Below, one piece after another: positions 12,301-26,054 of a DNA stretch of 64,000 nucleotides; within the stretch, counting starts at the first letter, position 1, and every line of letters begins with the position of its first letter. Below the pieces are notes generated by a model. The model was not told where the DNA came from and searched no databases. It saw only the letters and a program-made list of their open reading frames with translations. This DNA is from Spizellomyces punctatus DAOM BR117 (Eukaryota): the NCBI GenBank assembly GCA_000182565.2, contig KQ257455.1; one strand, given 5' to 3'. Made by a program: the position numbers and the translations under genes.

Positions 12301-14845
12301 GGACGAAAAATTCCCCATACGGATCCCAAACATCTGTCATCTGCTCGATCAATCCTCCGAGTGTTTCGAGGCCGTCATCAGTTCCTGCGGGAAGGCCGAG
12401 CCATTGCTCAAACCAGGCAAAGTATGGGCGCGTAGTATGCTGGAGTAGTCCGAGTAGGATTAAGCGCAACAGGTGATCCCTCTTCGAGGTGCCCGCGGTC
12501 AGAACAGTATCAACTGCGCACGCCGCGTCGTATAGGCGGGAGAGGAGGGTAGCACCACGCGGGATCTGAAAGGTGCCTTCGGCGTTGTAGGATGGCGACT
12601 CCTGTAACAGATCCGATACTGTTATCTTACTATTCTCAATTGCCTGGTGCGCAATGTCAATCCACTTACACTACACTGACATATCTCTGTCAGAACCGTT
12701 AGCAGATAAAAAGGCTCATTGAGCGCATGGTACAATCGAATTAGCTGCAGATGCTTGCTGTCGTCGCCTAAACTGTCAGGGACAGCGACCAAGCAGGCTC
12801 TAATAAAGGACACGAAAGACGCCAGAGCATGGGCAAAGGCAAGACCAATTTGTCCGTGGCTTGTATGAACCGAGAACGAGGTTAAGACACTAATTCACAA
12901 ACGGAACAATTGTAGTATTTACGTACCTTGTGTCATCTTCAATCATTCGCACTACGTGCTCCAGCCGTATCATATTTGTACCAATAGCCAAGAATCGCCT
13001 CAAATATCTATGTCGCCATGTTAAAATTTATATCAATGCCACAAGGTGCCATAGGTGACAAACCTCTGAAAGCTTGTTGCACTGCAGCCAAGTGTACGCA
13101 AGCGACCTTCGGCATCTTGGGAAATCCGGAACTCCATCGTTTCTGGTATGTACACGAAACTATCTGACTGAATGCCAATGATGAGGTTCATGACATCCTT
13201 TTTGCACCCATCTGCATTAGTTGGAAGATTCCAGTTTGCGGGAAATGAGACCCTTTCCTACCTTCAATAGTTGTTCCTGTTCCGCGACAAGGAGGTACTC
13301 TTCTCTGTTAAATTCATGGGAAAAATGACTATGATATCATTTGTTAAACGCTCAGTTCTACGATCATCAGAAATTGTCCTAGCACGTACCTACTTTCTGT
13401 AGATCGCGTCAAAGAGCTCAAAACTGGCTTCGCTGACATATGGAGATACCATGTGACGATCGGTCCTTCGCGCATCTCGATCTTGGTAATGCGCATCCAG
13501 CATCTCCCAACTCCTCAAGGGCGTCTGCGACAACCATAGTCTGCCGTGAGTTACGCGTATCAAGCAATGTTGCCCGCAATACCAAACTCACTATTAAGGT
13601 CTCGTTTTCTCTGCGCAGACTTGTCCAGATGTCATCGTGGTCTTCATATCCACTGTCATAGGATATGCGGGAAACTTGCGCGCTTCGTTGATCTGCTTCC
13701 TGTTCTCCGCTCCCTTCCATGCCTGACGACAAGGCCGAGATAGCTTGTGGACGGGTACCCAATCGTGGGAGCGCCATGTGCACCTCCAAATTCCAGACAT
13801 TCCTAGGCATATTAACTGTGATTTACTGTTATATCTACCTAGCTGTCGATCATCACAGAGTATGCTATGGTACTTACTGGACGGATGAGTCAGGGCGCCA
13901 AATATAGTCCGCGTCTTGTTATCATCGTAAGAATCCCCCTTTCGAACTCCTTTCAGGAATAAAGAGCTACCTACGCCTTTTCTAAGACCTATTCCCGGGA
14001 GCGAATATCACGTATACTCATACCTTCCAAAACATCACGTTCCACAACTATCTCGTCAACGGCAGGTCTTAGTCCACTCTCAAAAACTGCTGGTGGGTAT
14101 ACAATATCGTATGGGTGATGACTCCGCAATAGCGATTCCATGGCCGGTGAATCGGTGAGTTGCAGATTGTATCTACTAGGCATCAAAAATGCCTTGTCGT
14201 TACAGGGATCTGATGTAGCTGATGAGTCATATTGAAGAATGTGGTTATATCGCGACGCCAGGACATCTTTTGCAAAGCTAAATGCAAGACTGTCAATTGT
14301 GTTCCGCGCTTGGAGTTTTGAAGATTCCTTTGCACTGACCTGCTCAAGTTAGGAGAGCCTTTTTGAACATTCCCCAGGCTCATAATGAGCCATAGGACTG
14401 CCAGCTTTTCTTTCCATGGAATAATCTCAGCACTGCTTCCTTTGGCAAGTTCAATTGTATCTCGATTCTTCTCCGTATCGTCTATATCGAAATTCCCACA
14501 ATAGAATCCAATTTTTTCTAATAACCCCTCCAGTGCATTTGCCGAGTCAAAATTTCGGTCTTCTCTTAGTTTGTACAAGATAGTCGCCACCCGCTCTTGT
14601 AGTTTGCCTGTCCACGCTTCGGGTCTAGTGGAGCTGAAGTTGGTATGAATCCGGTCATCGAGGGTATATGTGAAGAACGTCGTAAGGTATGGGGAAATTT
14701 GACGGATAGTCGGGCGTTGGCCGGTGAAAAGAGTATCGGCTGTTGGGACCTTTGACGGAGATGGGTGGAGAATCTTGGTACATAGATCAGCAAATTCAGG
14801 CAGAAAGCTCCGGGGTAGTGGAGCCTCTGTTCCTGTGGCCAGCAT
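9349..14845 (-). CDS. TUBGCP6: Gamma-tubulin complex component 6 (GCP6; Spc97/Spc98 family), multi-exon
   Basis: GRIP1-like TRPYFAWFEQWLG...DPYGEFFV...PSFIPLSLAQEILHAGKYLRLLR, then a long coiled-coil insertion typical of GCP6. GRIP2-like HLGIAGRYLLLGD and FLRLQYTAPMPFDIVMT...KYDRIFEF follow. Confidence 0.85.
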
Positions 14846-15044
14846 CGTCAATACGAGCGTGTTGGTAGCAAAAGCAAGAGAGAACAATCAGCAATGTTTG
14901 GCTTATTTTCGCTGTAAACCATGGCAAGTCATGTCAACAATAAAGACTTCAAAGGAACATGCGCGTTGGATCTTGGTCGGACACTTGAATGTCCACCCAG
15001 TGGCACAGGTCACTGTAAGGTTCTTAACTTTTCGCACCTCCAAA

Positions 15045-15791
15045 ATGTCAAAAAAGCCCCCGCCAACCTCGGCTTCCCCTGCAAATACTTCCAATTTCCT
15101 CGATGTACCCGACATACCTCCCTCGCACAGTATGTATTTTGCCACAGCTCACACCAAAACCAACTGATCTAACATGCAAATGTGTTTCAACAGTACCACA
15201 GTCCTTTCTCATAGACTCAAACCCCAGCGCAGAGCGTCCACGAACCTTCAAACCACCAGTGCCATCCGCATGTATGTAACAACTGAGCTTGTGATCCTCC
15301 CGACACGACAAGCAAATGCTCACCCAGGCATGTCTGCAGTGCTTTCAAAAGTAGCAGCATTTCTTCCACAAATTGACGCTGCAAACAGTCAACTGCTGCA
15401 AACAATACAGCAAGACAGCGAAAAACAGAAGCAAGTCGATATTGAGAATGTTGACGATGATGGACAGTATATACAAATGGTATGTTTCTTATCGAAATAG
15501 CCAACCCATTGGTTGTACCCTTTTGATCTTGACTGTATTTTCATGTAGGATCTTGGAGTTGGAGTATTCGACACCCATCCACAGACATCAGTCCCGAACG
15601 AAAAAGACATTATTATCACCGGACGGCCAACGGTAGATGAAGATGAAAAACCTCTCATCGAGGTCATACAAAGGACCGAACAATCGGAAAGCGAGTCGGA
15701 ATCTGCAGGTTCCGACGACGATGATAACTCGCAAGACGACTCAAATGACGACTCGAATGAAGATTCAGAGTTGGAGAACGCCAGGGGCTGA
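15045..15791 (+). CDS. NOPCHAP1/DUF4598-like protein (box C/D snoRNP chaperone family)
   Basis: SAVLSKVAAFLPQIDAAN...DIENVDDDGQYIQM|DLGVGVFD across an intron, followed by an acidic tail. The start exon is uncertain. Confidence 0.75.
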
Positions 15792-16155
15792 TGAATCTTT
15801 AGACTTGCAAAGTAGCATAGGACCATCACATGTAAAAACGCAACCCGGCCATCGCTATGCGCGGCATGACGATACCTGTTGAATGTACATAGCATGATAT
15901 ATATTTCCAACCAATATTCGTACGCTATCAACTGGGAGTGCTTTTGACTGACAATCTAAAAACGAACTCTTGAACCTCGCTTATTGCGGACTAAATGATC
16001 CGACCCCGTATCTCGTACTTGACTCAAAGACGATTAGCTAAGCCGATGCGCGTCCGAAGTCGATGATCTCCGCCAAATAGCGTGCATATGCCCTAATCCG
16101 ATCACCACAAAGTTGACCGCTCTTGTATCAGAACAAGAGCATCTATAAACCGACA

Positions 16156-18955
16156 ATGAAGTCCGTGCGCAGGGCAAAGGTATATTACCCATACCCAAAC
16201 CAGCGCTTGGCGTCCTGTAGGTTCCTAAACTCTACTTCGCGTTGCAGTTAGCCCCAGAGACACCCCTCGTTGGCCGCACAGCATCCACGCACTCCCTACG
16301 CTCCAATGGACCAGAAGGAGACGCCAACGGAGCAGATGACTGGCTACCGGTATGATTATCATGTGAACCATCTCTCTTGAGCTGGATATCAGCTGAAGTT
16401 GGGTGACCGTGCAGCCAAAGGTCCTTTTGAAACCCCCGGGACAACTACAACTCACCGACACAGAGCTCAATGAGGAGTTTACACGAATACTGAACGCTAA
16501 TAACCCTAACGCCCCTCAAAATATTGCGCGATTCAATCATCGTGAAAAAGCGTTCAAAGCCAGCCCCAACGTGGATCATCTTGTGGTACATTTTGAGTTT
16601 GATGGGTGGGTAGAGTGATGCTAGGCATCTACAAAATAGGAAAAGCGTACTTGAAGAAATGCAGTTAACGCTTGATGATTGGCTGCAGTTATCTAAATTA
16701 CCGGAATGTTGACGAATCATCCGCACCACCTGAACCCAAACCAGAAGAGGCCGTCGGCCAAGAACAACCGACAACCGAAACTGCAACAGAGCCACTTCAA
16801 TCCGCCGATGGAGAGAAAGCCGAGGACGAAAAGAAGTCCAAAGGCCCGCTTCGAAACCAGTTTAATTTCAGCGAGCGTGCATCGCAGACTATCAACAACC
16901 CCTATCGGGTAGGATTACGTTGCCGTTTAAATGAAAATAGTGTCACAGCCTTATGCTTTCTTGCATTTAAGGAACGATCAACGAATACTGAGCCTCCACC
17001 TCAACGCATCTTTAGCGATACAGTTAACCAATGGTCTATTTATGATGCCTATTTGGAGGACCTGCAACAAAAAGAAAAGGCCAAAGCAAAGGTATACTCT
17101 TCTTCTTCCATTACTGACTGCATTATAAGCCGCCTTACAAATGTGCTTCTCAGGGTGGAGGAGCCAAAGGCCAAAAAGATGAAGACAAACATATTCTCCC
17201 AGCCGAAGCACATACCGAAGATGTTTATTACAAAAATGCGGACCTTCGGAAATCTCTCACCATTGTCGAACGCATGGCAAATCAAAATACGTTCGACGAT
17301 ATTGCGCAGGATTACAAGTATTGGGAGGATGCCTCAGATGAGTTAGCTGGTAGCAAAAGTAAGTCCCTTCCAACTGTGATTTGACCACATTCTTTGTTCA
17401 TATACCAATCGAACTCTCTTCTTTAAAAAAAGCTGGCACCCTCCTCCCTCTCTGGCGTTTCGTCTGCGAAAAGGAGAAACGCAAACAAGTCACAGCCCTC
17501 TGCTGGAACTCTCGTTTCTCGGATTTCTTTGTAGTCGGATACGGATCGTATGAGTTTTCCAAACAGGGTCCAGGCATGATTGGTGGATTCACACTGAAGA
17601 ATCCGTCCTACCCCGAGTTCCTGTATGTAACCGATACCGGAGTCATGTCCCTTGATTTCCATCCCCAGGTAACGGAACGAGCTTTGAATATATTTGCTGA
17701 CGGTTTTAGCCTAACTGTTTCCTTTTTTATTCAGCATCCTTCCATGATTGCTGTGGGTCTTTACGACGGATCCGTCGCAGTGTATAGCTTGCAAGAGAAA
17801 GGCAATGGCCCAATCTTCAAATCATCTCCCAAAGGCGGGAAGCATACCGACCCTGTGTGGCAGGTAAAGAATGCAATGAAAATGTTTATAGTCTCTCGGA
17901 CGAGCCCTTACATACTCTCTTTGGTAGGTATGCTGGCAAAAGGACGATTTAGACGGCAACGCAAACTTCTTTTCCATTTCGACAGACGGTCGAGTAACGC
18001 AATGGACATTACTCAAGACCGAACTTGCGCACACTGTAAGGATCCGCCCACCAAAGATGCGATATTTTTTCTGTTCATACTTTTGTGAGCAAATCTCCTT
18101 AACATTGTTCGAAATGCAGGACGTCATTAAGCTCCACCTTGAACTGTCTTCGCCCCCGACTGCAACCCAACAACCCACCACCGACCCACTGCACACAGAA
18201 ACAACAGATGACCCGCTCTTCAACTTGGCTGGCGGAAGCAGTTTTGACTTCCACAAGAAATTGGATCACCTCTTTGTCGTCGGAACCGAAGAGGGAAGGA
18301 TCTTCAAATGTTCAAAAGAGTACAATAATCAATACTTGCTTTCATTTGAGGTATGTTTACCACCGTGAATGCTGCCAATTGGCGTAGCTGACTCTAGTGC
18401 TCTGTTCTGATTGTGAAGGGCCACCAAATGTCTGTATACACAGTCCGGTACAACCATTTCCACCATAATATCTTCCTGTCTGCGAGTGCCGATTGGACGG
18501 TCAAACTTTGGGATCACGATGAAGAGAAGCCCATCATGAGTTTTGACCTCAACAGTAGTGTGGGAGATGTTGCATGGGCACCATACTCGTCGACTGTGTT
18601 CGCAGCTGCAACGACAGATGGAAAGGTATGTTATTGTGTCCATATAATATTCTGGGTATAAGCGATACTGATTGAGCCTTAAAATCAAATGAAACGTATA
18701 AAGGTTTTTGTTTTCGACCTGAACGAGAACAAATACGAGCCGATTTGTGAACAGCAAGTCGTCAAGAAAGCCAAGTTAACCCACATTGCGTTCAATCCAT
18801 TTGAACCTGTTTTACTCGTCGGAGACGACAGAGGTGCTGTTATCAGTCTCAAGCTATCCCCCAACCTCCGAAAACGTAGCAAAGACCCCGAAGACGAGCC
18901 AACAAAGCTCAAAAACATTTTGTTGGTCGCTATGGGTAAACCCCCAGCGGATTAG
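16156..18955 (+). CDS. DNAI1: Axonemal outer-arm dynein intermediate chain 1 (WD40), multi-exon
   Basis: [23 protein letters not shown]...[55 protein letters not shown] and LKLSPNLRK. Confidence 0.93.
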
Positions 18956-18956
18956 T

Positions 18957-21900
18957 TCATAGTATGCAAATAGATTCGATGGTGGGAATAAATGCCCCAC
19001 TGGCCCGTCGATTTACACGTAACGGGGCAAACAACTGTCCTTTATTTCTTTACTGCACAGTATGCATGAGTGACAACACCATTAGGGAAGCATGTGAATA
19101 CGCTGTTGGCGATGCGTTTAAGACAAATGGGGCACATTCGATCATCAGTGATACGGATGCGCTTGGTTGAGTAATGCGTTAGGCGTTCTTGAAACTAGAA
19201 TCATGATTGAGTGATCAGGTTGGAAAGGCAGGGCTCCAGATAGCCAAACTATGCTTGAAATCACGTACTTGTAGGCATTCTGCTTTAAGTAAATTCTTTA
19301 CGACTTCGTTCATATTCCGCGTACGATGCATGTCATGCAAGCAACGTTGAAAGTATCCGAGCAGAGCCTTCAGTTGGATCGTTCCCGGGAGCATTGGTAA
19401 TGCCTAAAGGGTAATTCGGGGGCGTTACTCAACATAACGCTACCTGACGTAAGGACATGTGCATACTACCTTTGTTGCATCCATACTTGCTCCATAAACT
19501 CCCAAGAATGTCATAACGTCGGCTAAAGGATAGTCACCAGCTTGTACCATGTTAAGGTACAGCTGCAAAAGTATGAGGAATACGTCTTGAGATTCAGGGT
19601 CATCCGGGTCATAATGCTTTTCGCAGTAGCTAATGCCCCAAAATGCGTTAATCATTACAGTTCATTCGCCAAAGCTGTTCTAACTCACGTACACATTTGC
19701 CATGTGATAATTTCGAACTTTCTCAATATATATTCGCAAGGCTTCCTCATGTCTCTTGAGTCTACTAAGAACCATCGCACGTTCTTCATATAAGGCTGGG
19801 CAACCAAGACGGCATAAGGATATATTCCAGCTCCCGGTTGTTCATAGAGTCCAACTTACCATCAGTAGGGAAGCTAGCAAGTGCCTGTTCCGCGTGGTAA
19901 TTTTGCGATTCCTCCAAAAACGCCGCCAACTTTCTGCGCAGCGTCCAAAACGACCTCCCGTCTTCGGTGTTATCTGATTGACATCCACATTAATTGTTTT
20001 CATAAGGCAACAGTGTGGGCCATAGAGATTGCTTACCCGCCCCAGATCTCTTGGGTAACATTGGCCCATCATATCCAGTCTTTGAGGAAAGGTCTCGCTT
20101 CAATTTCGAAAGATAGCATGAAATCAGCTGGTCGTGCAGCTCAGCATCATGGTCGTGAAGATCGTGGATAAGGTATTCCAAATATCTGATGGCGAAGTCT
20201 TCCGATATCGTTTCCAAGAAGCTTACGATGCCCTTTCGGGCTTTTGGGCTGACCTGGTTCAATATACTTGAGTTCCTCATTCACGGAGGGGTATAAGGAA
20301 GATAGCTACCTCATCATAGTGTTCAGTGAAAATCTGAACAGGCATCAATCAGAACCGGTTTATTGAAGTTGACATAGCAGCAGACCCTTACCTTGATACC
20401 TTCTTCTGAATCTCTCTTCAGAATCCACGCAGCATACTCCAAAATGAGGTCCAGATTATCCTCAAAATTAATTCCATGCAAATACGTGACCATCTTTTCA
20501 ACCTCGGCCGCAGTAGACTCTGGAGAAGATGCTTTCCTAAAGCTTTCAGATGAGAAAGATTTCACCCTATAGCCCTCGCACCGGCGATTTTACCTCATAA
20601 GGAAATCGAGCGCATTGCGATGTAGTCCTTTCCCTCGATAGAGATCTACTAATTCATCATATTTCTACATGACGATCCCGTCAAAAGTCGGATCATAAAA
20701 CAATCAACATTCCATGAGCGTACCTGCCGCTCCAGCAAAAGCTGCTCACTTTCCTCCACGTTGCATGCATTTGGTACCCTCAATAGGGAACCTACCAAGG
20801 CTTCATTGATACTTAAATACACTTTCAGTAGTGTGGTATCCACCACTTCAGATAGGTACAGTGTGTCGGCTAAAACAGGATATTGAGCTTGGAGCGCCGA
20901 ATCTGGTGGTTCTGCCTGTTTCATGCCAGCGAGGTATTCTTGTTGCTGTCGAAGTTTTGCAAGGACGGCACGTTGTTCGCTTAGGTAGTTCATCAGGAGG
21001 TACATTGCCTTCTTGTCTTGTTCTACTTTAGCATCACGGCTGCTACCAACTTTCAAACAATGAAAATCATTCACCTGAAGGCGCGGCGGGTTCGGGTGTG
21101 CCCCCATCTGGGTCCGGCGGTGACAAGTCGGGGTAAAGGTTGATGACATCTAATGGGGAGGCCTGGAGCTCCTTCAGTATGGAGAGAGCTTCCTGGTACT
21201 TGTGTTCGGTAGTGAAAATGTGGTGAGCGTACATGCCACGAACTCGAATGATGTTCGCAGTCTTTGGAAAATAAGATCTCAATAAGCTCAAATGATCAAA
21301 GCAATCCATGCAAGAGTATTATGAACCTTGTCTTCCTCTGTGGGAAAGTCCAACTCTTCAATGAGATTTTTAGCTTCAGCGAACTGACCGGCGGTCACCA
21401 ACTGTTCAATCTACCAGCAAAGCAGTTGTAAGCCATACAGTACCATGGATTCGAACGGCCCACATTTGCAAAAACACTACCTGGTCTTCAAAGTCCAAAG
21501 GAAGAAGGCGCCATACCGAAGCTTGACTCGCCACCAAAATGGATGCGCCAAAAATCATCATATTGGCGTTGGGAAGGGGAATGGTTTGGACCAGAGTATT
21601 CGATTGCGTCCTTCGAACCTCCAAATGACCCGTAAACAAACCAACTAAGTAGGGTGACCACACAGCTGACATGTATCTGGTGAGTAACTTTTCACAGACA
21701 CAAGACCGTTACGGTAATCACATACCAACAGCCTCTGGTCCACTGGACCACTCGACACGAAGATCTTGCGATACTTGGCCATTATGGTCAAGAGCAAGGG
21801 TTGTATCTACATTTTTCCAAAGATCTCTATCAGTATCCGTTGATAGGACAAGTTGGTCGGTATCGCACATACTGTCTTTTGTAGCAAGTACTCGATCCCC

Positions 21901-22780
21901 GGAAAAAGGCGTGACTAAAACACTACTCGTTTTGACTGGTGCAAATGATCCCAACGCGGCAGTTAACGACGTCCGGAATGAATACAGATCCTTCACGGCA
22001 CCGGTGGTGACATCGACACAGGAAAGACTTCTCGCGAACCCAATGTAGAGACGTTGCCCAAGCCAAAGCATAGTCCTCGGGCGATCCGATAAGGTCACTT
22101 CCTACAAGAATATAGCCCTGCATTGGTTTGATGGCTTCCTCTCTTTGGACATGGTAAAGTAGCCACCTTGTCCAATACAACATCTGATCCATTATACTTG
22201 ATAAACGATACTTTGCGTTTCGTAGCAAAACAGAATCGAGACTCTAGTTCCGAATTCGCAGAAGTAGGGGATTCGGACTCTCCAAATTGCGCCGCTACAG
22301 GTGCCGCTATGAGCGTTACTCCCTTTGCCTTTTGTATCTGTGTCCGTACGGCTAGAGTTGCAATCTCATAGACCGTAACAGCGCCATCTAACAATCATTC
22401 CTGTCATCAGTATGTGCACATGCTCAGACGCCTTCTAACGAGGTTCTTGTGACGAGGGAACAAACGGTACACACCAGATAGGACAGCCACGTCTCCCGTC
22501 CCAGGAATAAGACACAATTGGTCAATCCCCTTCCGAGATGAGCTCACTCGAGATTCTGACAGTGTTATGGTAAACACTGGGTCCTCTTCAATGCTGTACA
22601 GTAATAAAGAGCCATGGTCCGTTCCGACGATAACCTTATTTTCTGTGGACAAGAGTAACGGTGAGCAGGTAAACCGCCAAGATGTCTACACATGCAAGTT
22701 AAAATACCATAAGCTTGTATACAATTTATCTTTAATGGGAGATTCTCCACAATCGGTTGGTTGTGGAATACGTTGTGCAT
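18957..22780 (-). CDS. VPS39: Vacuolar sorting protein Vps39/Vam6 (CNH domain, C-terminal zinc finger), multi-exon
   Basis: N-terminus MHNVFHNQPIVENLPLKINCI, CNH beta-propeller exons, VVDTTLLKVYL...LVGSLLRVPNACNVEESE, AIRYLEYLI and C-terminal ITDDRMCPICLKRIANSVFTCFPNG. Confidence 0.9.
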
Positions 22781-22922
22781 TGCTCATGCGTCATGTAATG
22801 ATGTTTTCATGTTCGGTTTGCTGGAAATGGTCAAACGGGCGAAAGCTGCGGGAAAGGTGGGGGACGCGTCTCCACGACACACAGACCTCTGGAAATTCAC
22901 CCACCACATCTCTCCCTACATC

Positions 22923-23845
22923 ATGGCCAGCCGGTCCCAAGACGTTACGACTATGCCCGTAGGCGGTCTGCCACTCCACATTCTCGGTCTTAGCACCCTT
23001 CCTCCGTCTCCAGCGCCTATTCAGGTTGTGTTCTTTGCTCATGGCCGCCTGAATACAGCCGCTGCTTCACTCTCCATTTGTCAAGACATTTACTCCTACC
23101 TCCCCCCGTCAACGCTGATGGTGACCTTTGACCAAAGAAATCATGGTCACAGAATCATACATTCCCTTGCAAATGAGTCCTGGCAAAAGGGCAATGATAA
23201 CCATGCTATTGATATGTGGGCTATTCAGTATGGAACAGCACGGGACGTTTCCTACTTGATGGATGTTCTCCCGGCATTCTTGGGTAGGGACGTAGAAGCC
23301 TGGGGGATGTGTGGTGTGAGCTTGGGCGGTCATGCAACACTGTTGGCTTTGGCAAATGGTTTGTGCCTGTTTGGCGTTTGCGTTGCATGAATGTGTCCTG
23401 GCTAACGTGGCAGTCGTTCTTGCCAGACTCACGTTTGCAGACGGGCGTTTCCATTATTGGTTGCGGAGATTACCTTACCCTCATGACACACCGCTCCCAA
23501 AAAAGTACTCCACAGATCCCTCTACCTCCCGCTTCAGAGAAATACATCAACGCTCAACTCTTGTCGGCTCTCCATGCTCATGACCCAATCCATCGTGCAC
23601 ACGCTTTTCGGGACAAGGCTTTATTACTCTTGAATGGTGGAAGCGACAAGTTGGTTCCAGCTTCTTGTAATGAGAAATTTATTGGCAAACTGGGTGCCGT
23701 CATGGATCCTGAGAGGTTTCAAGTGGTCGTTGAGGATGGGGTGAAACATGCTGTGACAGAGACCATGAAGGAACGATGTGGACAATGGCTGGCCAGGTGG
23801 ATAACCACAGGTGAGAAGGACAATGGAACAAAATCTAGAATATAG
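22923..23845 (+). CDS. Alpha/beta hydrolase (esterase-like), 2 exons
   Basis: FFAHGRL, FDQRNHGHR, nucleophile elbow GVSLGG, GGSDKLVP and GVKH. Confidence 0.88.
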
Positions 23846-24002
23846 CATATAGATGGAATGACTACCGTAGGGTAAACCTTGCTAGCAGCTTTCAAAACCC
23901 GTGCTATATAACAAGATAGAACCACCCCGCATGGAGCATTTGTGCAATCCAATAGAATGAAATACACACCGCCCACAACAAGCGTGCAAACATATCAACC
24001 CA

Positions 24003-24999
24003 CTAACACAAAAGCGGAATTTTCTCCATCTTTGCTTGCCATGCCATCTTCTCTTCCAACAGTTTCTCTTGCGCTCCCGGCGGGCGAGGCTCGATCGGGA
24101 TATCCTTGCGTCGTTCTATGAGGTCCTCAGTACGAACTCCCTCGCTATTAAGAAAATTCGATACGGGTGTTCAATAAAGTTGTGTATGGAGATGGTGGAG
24201 GAAAAGGGTACGCACCGTTTGTCCCGTTGTTCGAGTAATTTTGGATCGATTTGGTTGTCGGACGTAAAGGACATCATGAGAGAAGGGGGACCTAATAGTT
24301 GGGAGGGTGGATGTAGCCTACGGGTAACGATTTTTCAAAAATAACACCATACCGTATGGTAAAATATCACCTCGATCAATCTGCCATAAATGCCTAACAT
24401 AGACACAGCACAATCAAGACTCGTATGCAAACCACATTAAACGCGCAAGTAAGAACGCAAAACAAAGATTTACCATGTCTTTCCATAGGTATTCACCACC
24501 TTACTCAATTCCTTCCTCTCAATTTCTTCATGCACGGCAGCAGGTACGAAGCGCGAAACAGGTAAAGTCAAAATCCCGCCCTTGACTTCATAAGTATGCG
24601 AATGCCAATACACTTTTTCAGACTCGGGGAGATCATTGTAGAGTTTAGATGAGATAATGTACTCGACGCCAATGAGTCTTGCATCTTTTTCGGGGCTATC
24701 GTATATTACGCATTGAAGCATATCTGAACTTAGATGCGAGCAGTAATGGTGAGCTTCAACCTACAAGTTTTGTTTTTAGTGTTTTTGTGAACTCTAGGAT
24801 AAATAATGATGGGTGTACATTTTACCTGACGAGTCATATCATGCGCATACACATGAAACCCGCAGAGATGGCGACAGATTTGTTCAAGAGGTGTAAAACT
24901 TTGAACAGCTTTGGCACCGAGACCCATGGCGGTTGTTTCGAGGGAGGGTTCCTCGCCTGGGACCTTATATCCATCACCGATCATTGTTATTATAGTCAT
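24003..24999 (-). CDS. DUF1264 / oil-body-associated protein (OBAP) family, multi-exon
   Basis: HLCGFHVYAHDMTRQ|VEAHHYCSHL...QCVIYDSPEKDARLIGVEYIIS...YWHSHTYEVKGG...TYGKTW and GPPSLMMSFT. Start is ATG 24999 or 24984. Confidence 0.92.
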
Positions 25000-25001
25000 T
25001 T

Positions 25002-25750
25002 GATAGTGTAGAGGTGACAGAAACTGGCACTAGCTACTACACCAGGGAATAAACCGGCGACAACCGGTTCGGAAAAGCTAAGCTACTACTAGGCAATTAT
25101 ACACGCAATACGTAACGGTTGGTTTTAACCGGATAATTGCCCACCACTACACGCGGTCCCTACTAGGCCTTGATCTGGAACTCTTGATGGCATTGAAGCC
25201 AGACTCTTGCATCCAGGAGCAAATCGACTGGGCAGCGTCACAAGCCAGAGGATGTTCAGTAACGAAGGCTTGGAGACTAAAAGCTGCATGTTAGCCAGAT
25301 GACCCGATGACAGAATGACAAAATGCAATCAGTACATACCAACCAAGCTCAACAAGTGTGGCAGCATAATAGCAGCTTTGTTATCGAATCCGATTGGTTG
25401 CTGCTGGTTCTGATCACGGTTGCTGTCGGGCGGTCGAGGTCCTCGGCACCAGAGCAGTATTCTCATGGTGGACTGAGATTTGTTGGGCGGATGCTTTGAG
25501 TCGAGGATGGGTAAAGAGGAAAGAGGGAAGAGGGAGAAGGTCCCCTTTTTATAGACCTTTGGCATGCGCCTCACCGCAGTTTAAAAAAAAAGCTACATTA
25601 GCATGCCACACTGCAGTTTGGAGAACATTAGCATCCATGCCTCCTCACCGCTTTGAGCAATGATGGGGGTTCTGATTATGCGATATGATTAACCGGATTA
25701 TCCGGATAATAATGGGTCTTAGTGCCATTTTCAATCACCACCACACTATG
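25002..25750 (-). mobile_element. Non-autonomous TIR element, copy 2 (~750 bp)
   Basis: 30-bp imperfect TIRs: atagtgtagaggtgacagaaactggcacta (25003-25032) versus the reverse complement of 25720-25749, atagtgtggtggtgattgaaaatggcacta (5 mismatches). The left two-thirds matches copy 1 and the right third matches copy 3. Confidence 0.85.
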
Positions 25751-26054
25751 TAACATAGATGCCATACCGCAGCCGCTCCTCCCGAAACAGGTTTCTTTGG
25801 TTCATTCTCAAGTGACATGTTTAGCTCGAAATGATCAATCCTGGGTACTTGGTCAACCCCACAACCAAAACCTTTGCCCAAAAATGAGAACCTTTATAAA
25901 TACCTACAGAACGATGAACCTTCACAAACGCTCACGTCATCAGTATTCCTCGACACGTGACACTGTTACCATGCCTACAAATGACCCATCCGAACCAGCA
26001 ACTTGAACAACCCGACCGTGCTGGTTCTCGGCGTTGCACCCCATCCCGTTTTTC

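Noticed and set aside
25039-25070. Helitron 3' end (hairpin plus CTGG on the minus strand)
   Set aside because: Homology and TIRs extend beyond it and there is no 5' TC terminus. The symmetric TIRs explain the boundaries better.
25028-25724. CACTA...TAGTG as a CACTA/EnSpm element
   Set aside because: These motifs are internal to the longer TIR, there is no 3-bp TSD, and copy 1 lacks them.
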